DNA from: Bacteroidales bacterium UBA5235
GTDB taxonomy: Bacteria > Bacteroidota > Bacteroidia > Bacteroidales > VadinHA17
Direction of reading: 5' to 3'
Assembly (NCBI GenBank): GCA_002409145.1
Contig: DHUL01000036.1
Location: 14,671 to 77,689, forward strand
DNA length: 63,019 nucleotides
Shown here: positions 18,934-28,372 of the stretch, piece by piece
How the letters are laid out: each line of letters starts with the position of its first letter
Numbering within the stretch: the first letter of the stretch is position 1
Notes under the pieces: model-generated
What the model saw: the letters and a program-made list of their open reading frames with translations, nothing else
The model's database searches: none
What the model was told of the DNA's origin: nothing
Position numbers and translations under genes: made by a program

Positions 18934-20256
18934 TCATCCTACAAACTCTTTTTCCAGTTCTTCCAGTGTCTTCCCTTTGGTTTCAGGAACATATTTCAGC
19001 ACGTATAACAGATTAGCAAGACAAATCAGGGCAAAAATCAGGAAAGTAATTCCACCACTCAATCTTTCAAGCATGACAGGAAAAGAGATGCTTACGATGG
19101 AGCAGGCAATCCAAAGCGCAACAATGGCTATCGACATTCCTTTGCTTCGCAGGCGATTTGGGAACAATTCGGTTGCCACAACCCAGAGAGCAGGACCCAG
19201 TGATGCGGCAAAAAAGGCAATGTATCCGAGGATAAATACCAGCACCAAAACTCCGGAAGTCTGACTGGAAAAGTACAGTATTGACAACCCTGTGAGCATT
19301 AACATCATACCGGTTGAACCGATAATAATTAAAAGTTTACGTCCAAAACGGTCGATTAAAACCATTGCGACCAATGTAAAGACCAGGTTGGTGCTCCCAA
19401 TGAGAATGGTTTGCAACAAGGCCGAATCATTACTCTGCCCCACATCTGCAAATATTTTTGGTGCATAGTACATAATTGTATTGATTCCGGTAATTTGCTG
19501 AAAAACAGCTAATATAATCCCGATAAACAGGAGCGGTTTGACTTTGGGAGCCAGGAGCTCCCTAAAAGTTGATACCTCCTGGTTTTTTAATGTCTCTTCG
19601 ATTTCCTTCAGTTCGAAAGAGGCAGATTCTTTTCCGGAGGTTTTGATTAACACTTTTAAAGCATCATCATTCCGTCCCCAGGCAACCAGCCAGCGCGGGC
19701 TTTCCGGTACCAGGAACATGCTGAAGAAAAGCAATATGGCAGGTGCAGCCATCACCAGTAACATCCATCGCCAATTGTTATCCCCGGTATTCACCAGCAA
19801 ATAATTGCTGAAGAAAGCCACCTGGATACCAATTACAATTGCCAGTTGGTTAAGTGAAACCAGGGTACCGCGACTTTTGGCCGGGGCCAGTTCTGCAATG
19901 TACATTGGCGATAATATCGAAGCGACTCCGACTGCAATTCCACCCAAAACACGTGAAATTACGAAGAAGGATAGGGAATGTGCTGAAGCGCTTCCAACAG
20001 CCGAAATAATAAAGAATAATGCCGCTGCCATCAGTACTTTTTTACGTCCATAGTGGTCACCGGCTTTTCCGGCCAGAAAAACCCCCACTGTGCAACCAAA
20101 AAGTAAACTGCTTACTGTCCAGCCCAGTCCTGCTTCTGACAAGCCGAAATAAGGCTGAATAAAATTGATGGTTCCGGAAATAACAGCAGTGTCAAAACCG
20201 AATAAAAGCCCGCCCAGGGAGGCAACCACTGAAATAAGTAAAACGTAAAGCTTCAT
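18934..20256 (-). CDS. Sugar-porter-family MFS transporter (sugar:H+ symporter)
   Basis: 440 aa with LGGLLFGFDTAVISG, GRKKVL and PESPRWL signatures of the sugar porter family. Confidence 0.85.
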   Translation of the reverse strand: MKLYVLLISVVASLGGLLFGFDTAVISGTINFIQPYFGLSEAGLGWTVSSLLFGCTVGVFLAGKAGDHYGRKKVLMAAALFFIISAVGSASAHSLSFFVISRVLGGIAVGVASILSPMYIAELAPAKSRGTLVSLNQLAIVIGIQVAFFSNYLLVNTGDNNWRWMLLVMAAPAILLFFSMFLVPESPRWLVAWGRNDDALKVLIKTSGKESASFELKEIEETLKNQEVSTFRELLAPKVKPLLFIGIILAVFQQITGINTIMYYAPKIFADVGQSNDSALLQTILIGSTNLVFTLVAMVLIDRFGRKLLIIIGSTGMMLMLTGLSILYFSSQTSGVLVLVFILGYIAFFAASLGPALWVVATELFPNRLRSKGMSIAIVALWIACSIVSISFPVMLERLSGGITFLIFALICLANLLYVLKYVPETKGKTLEELEKEFVG

Positions 20257-20382
20257 GGATTTTTGTTACCTTTTAATTACCTAAACAGGAATAGTTATAA
20301 AACGGGACAAAAAAGCTTTTCCCGGCCGGTAAAGTTATCATTCCTTTTGCATTTAGTTTGTTGTTGATTGCAGGACGGAGTC

Positions 20383-21222
20383 TTAACTATTACCACGCAA
20401 CAGATCTTCAAGAGCTACTGATAATGACGTCTTTTGATCCCTGTATTTGATGATTACCGGACAGTAGAGATGAATCCCCTTCTCCTTGCCGAATCCGTTG
20501 TTAACCGGCCTGCTTCCGGCAACCACAACCGCTCCAGCCGGAACCCTCAAGGGAATGGATTCGCTCTTTCTGAGATACTCACCGGTAGTATTGTCAAAAA
20601 TCGGTGTGGAACCATTCAGTATAACTCCTGTACCCAACACGGCTCTTTCTTCAATGATTGTCCCTTCATAAATGCCGCAGTTACCGCCTACAAAGACATT
20701 ATCTTCGATAATTACCGGCATAGCATTAACCGGTTCAAGGACTCCTCCAATCTGTGATCCTGCCGAGATATGAACATTCTTGCCTATCTGTGCACAGGAA
20801 CCTACCAATGCATTGGAGTCAATCATGCATCCGCTGTCAATATATGCACCTGTATTTATGTATGAAGGAGGCATTATGACTGCTCCGGCAGCTACATATG
20901 CACCGCTCCTGACGGAGGTGCCACCGGGAACGACCCTGACACCGTCAATTGTATTGAATGACCTTACCGGGAATGTGTCCTTGTCATGGAATGAGAAAGA
21001 GTCACCCCCGTATTCCTTCATGACGCCAAATTTGAAACCCCAGAGGATCACACTCTTCACCCATGAGTTAATTATCCACCCTGTCTCGCCTCTGACGGCT
21101 ACTCTCAGATCCCCGCTTTCCAGCGCTTCCCTGACCTCATAGAAGAGGGAAAGTGACCTTTCCGGATCTCCGGAACCGGCAATCTTTTCAAATTCTCCTT
21201 TCAGTTCTGAGATGTTTTTCAT
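20383..21222 (-). CDS. dapD: 2,3,4,5-tetrahydropyridine-2,6-dicarboxylate N-succinyltransferase
   Basis: Collinear with E. coli DapD as I remember it: VGSCAQIGKNVHISAGSQIGGVLEP, IIEDNVFVGG, VPAGAVVV, LYCPVIIK. Confidence 0.85.
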   Translation of the reverse strand: MKNISELKGEFEKIAGSGDPERSLSLFYEVREALESGDLRVAVRGETGWIINSWVKSVILWGFKFGVMKEYGGDSFSFHDKDTFPVRSFNTIDGVRVVPGGTSVRSGAYVAAGAVIMPPSYINTGAYIDSGCMIDSNALVGSCAQIGKNVHISAGSQIGGVLEPVNAMPVIIEDNVFVGGNCGIYEGTIIEERAVLGTGVILNGSTPIFDNTTGEYLRKSESIPLRVPAGAVVVAGSRPVNNGFGKEKGIHLYCPVIIKYRDQKTSLSVALEDLLRGNS

Positions 21223-21242
21223 AACCTGTTGATTTTTAATTT

Positions 21243-22124
21243 TTAAAGATCCGATAGTCCTTCCAAAATACTCTCCATTAACTTGTCTGTCTGAACGGTC
21301 GAGCCTGTCAATGGCAGTCTCAGCCTGTTCTTTATCAAGCCTTTGAGCGCAAGTGCCGATTTCACCGGGATTGGGTTGGTTTCAACAAAACAGGCTTTGA
21401 AAAGGGGCATGAGCCTGTGGTGCAAAACCGCAGCCTCTTTCGTGCGTCCTTCAGACAGAAGTGCGGTCATTTTCACTAAGGGTGAGGGGGCAATGTTTGA
21501 AGCAACGCTTATAGCACCTTTAGCCCCGGTACACATCAGGGGGAAGATCATATCATCATTCCCTGAAAACACTGAGAATCCTTCCGGGGCCAGACGGATA
21601 ATCTCACTTACCTGTTCATAATTAACGCATGCCTCTTTGACGGCGATAATATTTTTAAGTTCAGCCAGCCTGAGTGTTGTTTCAGCTGACATGTTAATGC
21701 TGGTCCGGCCGGGAATATTATATAGAATAATTGGGGTGGAGGTCGATTCCGAGACAGCTTTAAAGTGCAGGAAGATTCCCTCCTGAGTGGGTTTGTTGTA
21801 ATAGGGGACCACAACCAGGAAGGCATCAGGGTTAAACCTGGAAAGGATTGAGATGTTTTTAATTACAGCCTTTGTGGAGTTGGCACCAACTCCTGCAACT
21901 ACCGGTACTTTGCTATCGTTCAGTTCCATGATGGTGGCGATAAGTCTCTCCCTCTCCTCTTCTTCCAGGCATGGAGTTTCCCCGGTAGTGCCCAGCGGCA
22001 CGAGAAAATCTATCGAGGCATCAAGCTGCCTTCTGACCAATGTGCCCAGAGAATCCCAGTCAATCTCAAGGTTGTCATCAAATGGCGTGATCAATGCAGT
22101 GCCACATCCTCTAATCTCTCTCAT
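21243..22124 (-). CDS. dapA: 4-hydroxy-tetrahydrodipicolinate synthase
   Basis: GTALITPF, GTTGE, YNKP and VKEA(C) (Schiff-base Lys) contexts. 293 aa. Confidence 0.92.
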   Translation of the reverse strand: MREIRGCGTALITPFDDNLEIDWDSLGTLVRRQLDASIDFLVPLGTTGETPCLEEEERERLIATIMELNDSKVPVVAGVGANSTKAVIKNISILSRFNPDAFLVVVPYYNKPTQEGIFLHFKAVSESTSTPIILYNIPGRTSINMSAETTLRLAELKNIIAVKEACVNYEQVSEIIRLAPEGFSVFSGNDDMIFPLMCTGAKGAISVASNIAPSPLVKMTALLSEGRTKEAAVLHHRLMPLFKACFVETNPIPVKSALALKGLIKNRLRLPLTGSTVQTDKLMESILEGLSDL

Positions 22125-22815
22125 TTAACATTGCTTTTTTAAATTTTTCCCTTAATAGTTCCGTGAAATCAAATACACCTTCAAGGTCCGAAGTCCAGAA
22201 CGCTGACTGTATTGCCCCGGAGGCAAAACCTCTTCTTGAAAAAGCTTCGTGAGTCAGTACAATCCGGTCATCTTCGGATTCGAAACCCAGGTTATGTATA
22301 CCTGGTATGTAGCCGCACCTGACCGATTGCAGGGAGCACTCTTTGCCGGTCTCCTTCTCGACGATGTTTCTGAGAGTGCCGGCTGTGCCTGATGGTGTGT
22401 CAACCTTGAACTTGTGGTGAAATTCGGTAATATATGAGTCATAACCACCCGATACAGCAAGCAGTACTGACGAAATCCGGGCAATCTCAAAAAAGATGTT
22501 GACCCCGACAGAAAAATTGGAGGCATGGATCATTGTGGTTCCCCTTTCCCGGAAGTATCCGGTGATTTCTTCTTTTACATCATCCCATCCTGTGGTTCCG
22601 ATCACAGCAGCCCTGAAATTATCGGCAATAAAGCGATAATTATTCCGGAATGACATTGGAGTTGTGAAATCAATGCATACCGATTCAGATGCGATTATCT
22701 TGTCAAATCCGCAAATGTCCTCGGTTGTATAGAGAGTAACATCTGCTCTATCATGAAGGATGGAATAGATCTCCCTGCCCATCCTGCCATACCCTGAAAT
22801 CACTATTTTCATCAT
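22111..22815 (-). CDS. dapB: 4-hydroxy-tetrahydrodipicolinate reductase
   Basis: MKIVISGYGRMG Rossmann N-terminus, GTTGW, and EFHHKFKVDTPSGTA (the E-x-HH-x-K-x-D-x-PSGTA motif). Confidence 0.87.
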   Translation of the reverse strand: MMKIVISGYGRMGREIYSILHDRADVTLYTTEDICGFDKIIASESVCIDFTTPMSFRNNYRFIADNFRAAVIGTTGWDDVKEEITGYFRERGTTMIHASNFSVGVNIFFEIARISSVLLAVSGGYDSYITEFHHKFKVDTPSGTAGTLRNIVEKETGKECSLQSVRCGYIPGIHNLGFESEDDRIVLTHEAFSRRGFASGAIQSAFWTSDLEGVFDFTELLREKFKKAMLNERD

Positions 22816-24167
22816 TCGAAAAACTCTTTATGCAATGAGCTGACCACTGGTGTCAGGTCACTCCTGTTTACAACAAAGCTTATGTTTATGTCAGAAGCCC
22901 CCTGACTTATCATTGTAATATTGTAATCACTTACTGCACTGAAAATTCTTTTTGCGAGACCGGTAGTCTCTTTCAGGTTTTTCCCTACAATTGAGACCTG
23001 TGATTTGTTGCTGTTCACCGATACTATTGCAAACTGCGATAATTCTGCAACAATGCCATCCAGACTTCTTTCCGAATCAACTGTAAGAGAGACGTTTACC
23101 TCTGAGGTGCTGATAAGATCCACTGAGATTCCGTATTTCCCGAATACTTCGAAAAGCCGGGTAAGGAAACCAAAGGCATTCAGCATCTTCATTGAGTAGA
23201 TGTTGATTACTGTAATATTTTCCTTGAAGGAGATAGCCTTTACCCCATTCTCATGAACCAGTTCGTCTTTCAGGATGAGAGTACCCTGCTTTTCAGGCTG
23301 CATTGAGTTCAGGACCCGTACCGGGATATTTTTTTCTATTGCAGGCTGTATGGTTGCCGGGTGAAGGACTTTCGCACCGAAGAATGAGAGTTCGGCAGCT
23401 TCGTTGAATGACATTACCGGGATACTCCTTGTTTTTTTAACTTTCTTCGGGTCAGTGGTATGGACACCATCAACATCTTTCCAGATCTGTATCTCGGAGG
23501 CATTTGCTGCCATGCCGATAAGGGCCGCAGTATAATCAGAACCTCCTCTGCCAAGAGTGGTGCCGACACCTTCTGCCGTGGCGGAAATAAACCCCTGCGT
23601 AATTACCACATCATTGGTCAGAAACTCCCTTTCAAGCAATTCCTGAACATTCCGGCAGATAAGATCGGTCTGTGGTTCTCCTTTCAGGTATTTCCCATCT
23701 GTGATAATAATGTTCCTGGCATCTGCAAATGCACAACTCAGGCCGGATTTCAGCATGGCCCTGAAAATGATGCCAGATGATAGTAATTCTCCGTAAGACA
23801 GGATTTTAGCAAATGACATATCCGACAGCTCTTCCAGAAGTGAGATAACCCTGACAATCTCATTAAGCTTTGCAAACAGTTGTTTCACGGTTTCTGTTGC
23901 CTCCTTCAGCAATAGTCCTTCTCCTGTCAGCAACTCCTCTGCCATTTTCAAGTGCCTCTGTTCAAGGCCGTTGGTCAGGTTTATAGCCTCCTCAACCTGT
24001 CCTTTGGCAGCATGCTGTGCAATCATTGTCAGCGTATCTGTCACCCCCGAAAGGGCTGAAACAACAACAACTATTTTCTGTGAAGAATTCTTGCATACAA
24101 TCTTTATAAGCCTTTCAACTGCTTCCTTATCCCTGACGGACGTGCCGCCAAATTTCATTACTATCAT
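22812..24167 (-). CDS. lysC: Aspartate kinase
   Basis: MKFGGTSV N-terminus, LGRGGSDYTA, and C-terminal ACT-like repeats. 451 aa. 4-nt overlap with dapB. Confidence 0.9.
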   Translation of the reverse strand: MIVMKFGGTSVRDKEAVERLIKIVCKNSSQKIVVVVSALSGVTDTLTMIAQHAAKGQVEEAINLTNGLEQRHLKMAEELLTGEGLLLKEATETVKQLFAKLNEIVRVISLLEELSDMSFAKILSYGELLSSGIIFRAMLKSGLSCAFADARNIIITDGKYLKGEPQTDLICRNVQELLEREFLTNDVVITQGFISATAEGVGTTLGRGGSDYTAALIGMAANASEIQIWKDVDGVHTTDPKKVKKTRSIPVMSFNEAAELSFFGAKVLHPATIQPAIEKNIPVRVLNSMQPEKQGTLILKDELVHENGVKAISFKENITVINIYSMKMLNAFGFLTRLFEVFGKYGISVDLISTSEVNVSLTVDSERSLDGIVAELSQFAIVSVNSNKSQVSIVGKNLKETTGLAKRIFSAVSDYNITMISQGASDINISFVVNRSDLTPVVSSLHKEFFE

Positions 24168-24177
24168 TTCTTTCAGA

Positions 24178-25167
24178 TTACCCTCTGATTGTTTTGTAAA
24201 TTTGTTTTAAGTCAAATATTGCTTTTTCAATGTCCGAAACATTGATAAACTCATCGTTAGTATGTGCTACCCTGATGCTGCCCGGGCCATAGAGAAGACA
24301 TTTTCCCAGGCTGGTGAGACAGGGCCCATCGCATCCGAAGGCCACTATGTCACTCTGAAAGCCTTCAATGTAATGATAATAAAAAGGTTCGTCCTCTCTG
24401 ATTTTTGTGATGGTGGTTCTGTTATCAATGATGCCATTGAGGATGGATTCTATTAAATGAGATGAAGCCGGTGTAGTTCTGAAATAGATTTTAAAGTTCA
24501 CCAGATCAGGCAGAACATTATAGGCATTTTCCGCTGAAAGCAGGCCTATGTTATAAGTGGTTGAACCCAGAATCTGATCTGGGGGAAAGTCCACGGCTGC
24601 CAGCCTGTTAAGGAATAACCTCATACTATCTATGGCATCGTCGCCGAATTGTGGGTAACCAGAGTGACAGCTGACACCCCTTATCTGCACGCCGTAAAGC
24701 TGTATTCCTTTTCCTGCTTTGATTAGCTTGTTCTCAGTCGGTTCACATATAATTACGTACTTACAGCCTTTTATCAGCTTATTTGCAGCCTTAGCCCCTT
24801 TTGACCCGATCTCCTCACCGGACACAAGTAGTAGTCCGAAGTTGCTTTCTCCTTCACTGTGGAGACCCCTGCACACATTCACCAGAGTTATTATCTGTCC
24901 CTTTGCATCGCAGGCGCCTCTGCCGTAGACACAGTTGTCTGCCAGAACCGGCGCTATGAAAGGAGGCACGGTGTCAAGATGTGTACAGAAGATAATCTCA
25001 GGTGTGCCCCATTTGAAGAACAGGTTAGTACTGCCGTCTCCAACTTCCTGTATTTCAAGGGTTGCCCCCGGAACATACATGTGTTCGGCAATGTAACATG
25101 AAAGCTCAGCCTCCATTCCGGAGGTTGAATCTATATTCATTATTTTTATCAGTTCTTCGGTTATCAT
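24178..25167 (-). CDS. M20-family metallohydrolase, candidate succinyl-diaminopimelate desuccinylase
   Basis: HLDTVP, GRGACDAKG and SGEEIGS metal-ligand contexts of M20 peptidases. The function is inferred only from its position as first gene of the lysC-dapBAD operon. At 329 aa it is short for DapE/ArgE. Confidence 0.6.
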   Translation of the reverse strand: MITEELIKIMNIDSTSGMEAELSCYIAEHMYVPGATLEIQEVGDGSTNLFFKWGTPEIIFCTHLDTVPPFIAPVLADNCVYGRGACDAKGQIITLVNVCRGLHSEGESNFGLLLVSGEEIGSKGAKAANKLIKGCKYVIICEPTENKLIKAGKGIQLYGVQIRGVSCHSGYPQFGDDAIDSMRLFLNRLAAVDFPPDQILGSTTYNIGLLSAENAYNVLPDLVNFKIYFRTTPASSHLIESILNGIIDNRTTITKIREDEPFYYHYIEGFQSDIVAFGCDGPCLTSLGKCLLYGPGSIRVAHTNDEFINVSDIEKAIFDLKQIYKTIRG

Positions 25168-25192
25168 TGTCGGTTACGGGTTTCATCTTTTT

Positions 25193-25222
25193 AAAAAAAA
25201 AGCACGAATTAAAGATTCGTGC
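25193..25222 (-). terminator. Intrinsic terminator inside the 5' leader of the lysine operon (candidate attenuator)
   Basis: Perfect 8-bp stem GCACGAAT/ATTCGTGC with a 5-nt loop, followed by nine U on the minus strand. The U-tract ends 25 nt before the ATG at 25167. Confidence 0.65.
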
Positions 25223-25334
25223 CTTTATTATTACACAGAATCCCTAAAGTCTGTTTGGCTTTTCTACCGATTGCACGATGAACTTTGAAAATAGTTTCAT
25301 TTTGATTGGTGGACTGTATTGTTTTAATAATCTG

Positions 25335-25342
25335 CAAATGTA
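25335..25342 (-). promoter_or_regulatory. Candidate -7 promoter box (TACATTTG) for the lysine-operon leader
   Basis: Matches TAnnTTTG on the minus strand, ~115 nt upstream of the leader terminator. Confidence 0.35.
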
Positions 25343-25510
25343 AAAGAATTTTGTTTTTTCTGACATTTCCGTGGAAGAACTCAAGACTATTGAACACACT
25401 TCTCAGGTAACATCATGTAAAGCTGGCATTTAAGTTGAAATTTACGGATGAATAATGCTGAGTATTATAATATTACATTTTTTGCATGTGACATTTCCCT
25501 GGTGTCTTGT

Positions 25511-25553
25511 GGAAAAAAGAGAAATCGGCCCACCGTTCTGTGGTGGACCGATT
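25511..25553 (-). terminator. Rho-independent terminator of the TPR gene
   Basis: 12-bp stem AATCGGTCCACC/GGTGGGCCGATT (one mismatch) with a 7-nt loop, then TCTCTTTTTTCC on the minus strand. It lies 39 nt past the stop at 25592. Confidence 0.6.
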
Positions 25554-25591
25554 CACATATGATTATGATATCCCTGGAAACCGAACAGGGA

Positions 25592-26566
25592 TTATTCACA
25601 TTTCAAGTTAGTTCTCTGTGCCTTTGCAGCCTCGGCAAACGGGCCGTAAAGTGCATTCTTGAATGACTCGCATGCAGCAGCGGTCTCATCCTTACCCGCC
25701 TGTGCAACGGCAAGCTGATAGTAGAACATTGCCTTTGCTTCAGCATCGCCTGTCTCAAGATCCAGCCCTTTCTGGGCATACTCAGCGCCCTCGGTGAAGC
25801 TGTTCTTCTTGTTATAGACATCGGCAAAGAAATAGAACATGGTCTTATCGTCACCGTATTTGGCTGCCCTGTTCAGTAGTGCCAGCGCTTCGTCGAGTTT
25901 ATTGGCACTGTTGGCCTTTGACCCGGCAGCGCGGAAATATTCAAGAGCTGATCCTTTAGCCTGTGTGATTTTGTCAGCATCTTTTGCCGGATCAAGCTTG
26001 CTTAGGAAGAGGTCGATTGTCTGTTCAAACTGGTCAACCTGGTCCCTGTTCCGGTAGATGAGAGCCTTGTTATAAATTGAAGCTATGTGGTCAGGATTGA
26101 GTGTAAGCACACTGTCAAATGCCAGCATCGCATTGTCATAGTCGGTTGCAGAGAAGAATTCCGTCGCCATCTTGTAGTAACCGTTGACAAGGATCTTTTT
26201 TGAATTCTCCCCGTGGGTTTTGCTTCCGTACTTTTCAGCCATGGCGCCTGCAAGTTTCGCTGCAGCGATTACCTCGGCAGCAGGTTTCTTTTCATTATAG
26301 GCTGTGGCAGCCATCTTGTAGTATAGTCCGGGAAGTACCTGCACGGCCTTCTGTTTCAGATCATTGGCGGTTTCGCCCACTTTGTCTGACATTTCAATCA
26401 CCTTTTCAAATGCAGTAATGGCTGCCGGAACATCAGTCTGGATCGCCTTGGCACCCTCGTTATAAACTGCAATAACCTCATTGCGGTCCTGGGCATTGAG
26501 GCCGGAGGTTAAGAATGCTGATAAAGCCAGCACGCAAGCTATCGTACATAAAAATCTCATTTTCAT
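25592..26566 (-). CDS. Secreted tetratricopeptide-repeat protein
   Basis: 324 aa with a signal peptide (MKMRFLCTIACVLALSAFLTSGLNAQ). Ala/Tyr/Lys-rich 34-aa periodic helical repeats. Confidence 0.7.
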   Translation of the reverse strand: MKMRFLCTIACVLALSAFLTSGLNAQDRNEVIAVYNEGAKAIQTDVPAAITAFEKVIEMSDKVGETANDLKQKAVQVLPGLYYKMAATAYNEKKPAAEVIAAAKLAGAMAEKYGSKTHGENSKKILVNGYYKMATEFFSATDYDNAMLAFDSVLTLNPDHIASIYNKALIYRNRDQVDQFEQTIDLFLSKLDPAKDADKITQAKGSALEYFRAAGSKANSANKLDEALALLNRAAKYGDDKTMFYFFADVYNKKNSFTEGAEYAQKGLDLETGDAEAKAMFYYQLAVAQAGKDETAAACESFKNALYGPFAEAAKAQRTNLKCE

Positions 26567-26804
26567 TTTCTGTCTGTTTTACGAATTATCAAAACTCAAG
26601 CCTTTTATTAGCCCGTAAATATAAAAAATATGATTAATTATTCTGAGCACAACTAAAATTCCTGATGAAAAATTGGGCCATAAAGGTTGAAATCTTACCG
26701 GTTTCTGTGGCAAACCGTCCGGACAGAGGCTTCAGTTTGCACAGACGGATAAAAATTCTTCCGGAATAAAGTGTATTTTTAAAACTCTCAATAATAACAT
26801 TGAC

Positions 26805-28007
26805 ATGCCAAAAAACTTCGGGAAGGAGACTGATGAAGGAAATCTGGTCAGGGTTGGATGGGCGGCTCACAGAGGCGTTCCGGTATCAATGGCTGCGGAT
26901 GCAGAACAGAAAATACGGCAACTGCTTCCACATGAAGATTTTATAATGACCGACACCCGGCCTGACATAATACTCTTCATGAGCGGTGGATCAGAGAGAA
27001 GAGCCATTGAAATGGCCGATCCGGGGAAGCCTGTGCTTCTCCTGAGCATCCGTGGCAACAATGCCTATGCCGCGGCCACCGAAGTAATGGCATGGATGGT
27101 GAACAACAAAAGGATTGCCATTCTGTCCGATGCATCAGATGCTGCAGAGTCATACCTCATAAACCGGTGGTGCAGGGTGGCTGGTGCGTGGGAGAGACTT
27201 TATGGTTCAAAGGCGGGTCTGATAGGTACTGTATCCGAGTGGCTGGTGGCTTCCGGTGTCTCCGCCCAAACCTTACATAGTAAATTCGGGATCAGCCTGA
27301 CAGAAATTCCGTGGTCCGTATTGCCTGATTACACCTCATCACAGCCTGACAGGGCCCTGATGGAGAGGTTCGGAGACCGTAGCCCCGAGGGTCTTGACGA
27401 GGCAGCGAAGGTGCTTACACTCATACGGAAGGTAATAGATGAGAACCGCCTGGATGCCATTGGTGTAGAGTGCTTCAGCCTGGTTCAGGAGCGGAAGGTC
27501 ACGGCATGCCTCGCCCTGGCACAGCTTAACACCGAAGGTGTCGTTGCAGCCTGCGAAGGTGACCTTGCCTCGATGGCCGGCATGATGGCAGGGAAAGCTT
27601 TGTCTGGACGTGTTCCGTGGATGGCCAACACCACCCGCCTGACCGGAAAAACAGTGATTCTCTCACATTGTACCGCTTCGTTTGATCTTGTCACCGGGGT
27701 GCAATTGCCAACTCACTACGAGACAGGTTATTCACTGGCTGTAGATGGCAGGATAACTGCAGATGAAGTCACCCTCTTCCGCTTTTCCGAGAAACTTGAC
27801 AGGGTATTCGTGACCGGGGGAAAAATAGTCAGCCGTCCGAGGATGGCAGATGCCTGCCGTACACAGGTCGAGATTGAGGTTGGAGCAGAATCACTGCAGT
27901 TGCTCAGGGATAAGCCTCTGGGCAATCATTTACTGTTACTGCCAGGCAATCATTCAGAGCTCCTGCAACTGGCATGCAGGTACAAAGGGATTGATGTAAT
28001 AGGCTAG
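26805..28007 (+). CDS. L-fucose/L-arabinose-isomerase-like protein (short form)
   Basis: 400 aa. The central segment GVECFSLVQERKVTACLALAQLNTEGVVAACEGDLASMAGMM resembles the metal-binding core (xEGD) of the FucI/AraA superfamily. Assigned from memory, not searched. Confidence 0.4.
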   Translation: MPKNFGKETDEGNLVRVGWAAHRGVPVSMAADAEQKIRQLLPHEDFIMTDTRPDIILFMSGGSERRAIEMADPGKPVLLLSIRGNNAYAAATEVMAWMVNNKRIAILSDASDAAESYLINRWCRVAGAWERLYGSKAGLIGTVSEWLVASGVSAQTLHSKFGISLTEIPWSVLPDYTSSQPDRALMERFGDRSPEGLDEAAKVLTLIRKVIDENRLDAIGVECFSLVQERKVTACLALAQLNTEGVVAACEGDLASMAGMMAGKALSGRVPWMANTTRLTGKTVILSHCTASFDLVTGVQLPTHYETGYSLAVDGRITADEVTLFRFSEKLDRVFVTGGKIVSRPRMADACRTQVEIEVGAESLQLLRDKPLGNHLLLLPGNHSELLQLACRYKGIDVIG

Positions 28008-28063
28008 CAGGTCTGACAGAACAAATGTTTTTGTGAGTTGTATATTAAAGCAGGAGGCGAAAT

Positions 28064-28372
28064 ATGATAGTCACATGTGTCCATGTTCATGTAGTGCCCG
28101 GAAGGGTGGCCGATTTCAAAGAAGCCCTTAGATTAAACTACCAGGGGACGGCAGGCGAGCCGGGAAACATCAGGTTCGATGTGCTGCAACAGGCTGATGA
28201 TCCGTGCAGATTCATGATCTACGAGGTCTTTGAATCAGAGGAGGCTGTAAAGCAACATAAGGAGACCCCTCATTATCTCAGGTGGAGGGATATGGTGGCG
28301 CAGTGGATGGCCGAACCGCGAAGGGGTATAAGGTACAACGTACTTGAACCTTCAGAAAGGTCATTGTGGTGA
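28064..28372 (+). CDS. LsrG-like ABM-fold protein ((4S)-4-hydroxy-5-phosphonooxypentane-2,3-dione isomerase family)
   Basis: 102 aa. GNIRFDVLQQADDPCRFMIYEVFESEEAVKQHKETPHY aligns closely with E. coli LsrG as I remember it (GNLRFDVLQ...[22 protein letters not shown]). Preceded by AGGAGG 6 nt upstream of the ATG. Confidence 0.7.
   Translation: MIVTCVHVHVVPGRVADFKEALRLNYQGTAGEPGNIRFDVLQQADDPCRFMIYEVFESEEAVKQHKETPHYLRWRDMVAQWMAEPRRGIRYNVLEPSERSLW

Noticed and set aside
25168-25342. Classical lysine (L-box) riboswitch upstream of lysC operon
   Set aside because: The leader is only ~140 nt and very AT-rich. It lacks the conserved L-box blocks I know (AGAGGCGC, GAGUA and GCCGAAG-type segments, and the five-helix junction). 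I keep it as an unclassified attenuator candidate rather than calling it an L-box.
25209-25397. 62-aa ORF in the lysine-operon leader region
   Set aside because: It starts upstream of the only promoter-like box and runs through the terminator hairpin. It has no family resemblance, so the region is better explained as non-coding leader RNA.
18799-25590. tRNA-Met-adjacent genomic island or integrative element
   Set aside because: There is no integrase, excisionase or mobility gene. I could find no direct repeat of the tRNA 3' end downstream. The content is core metabolism, so only the compositional difference is retained, as a low-interest finding.
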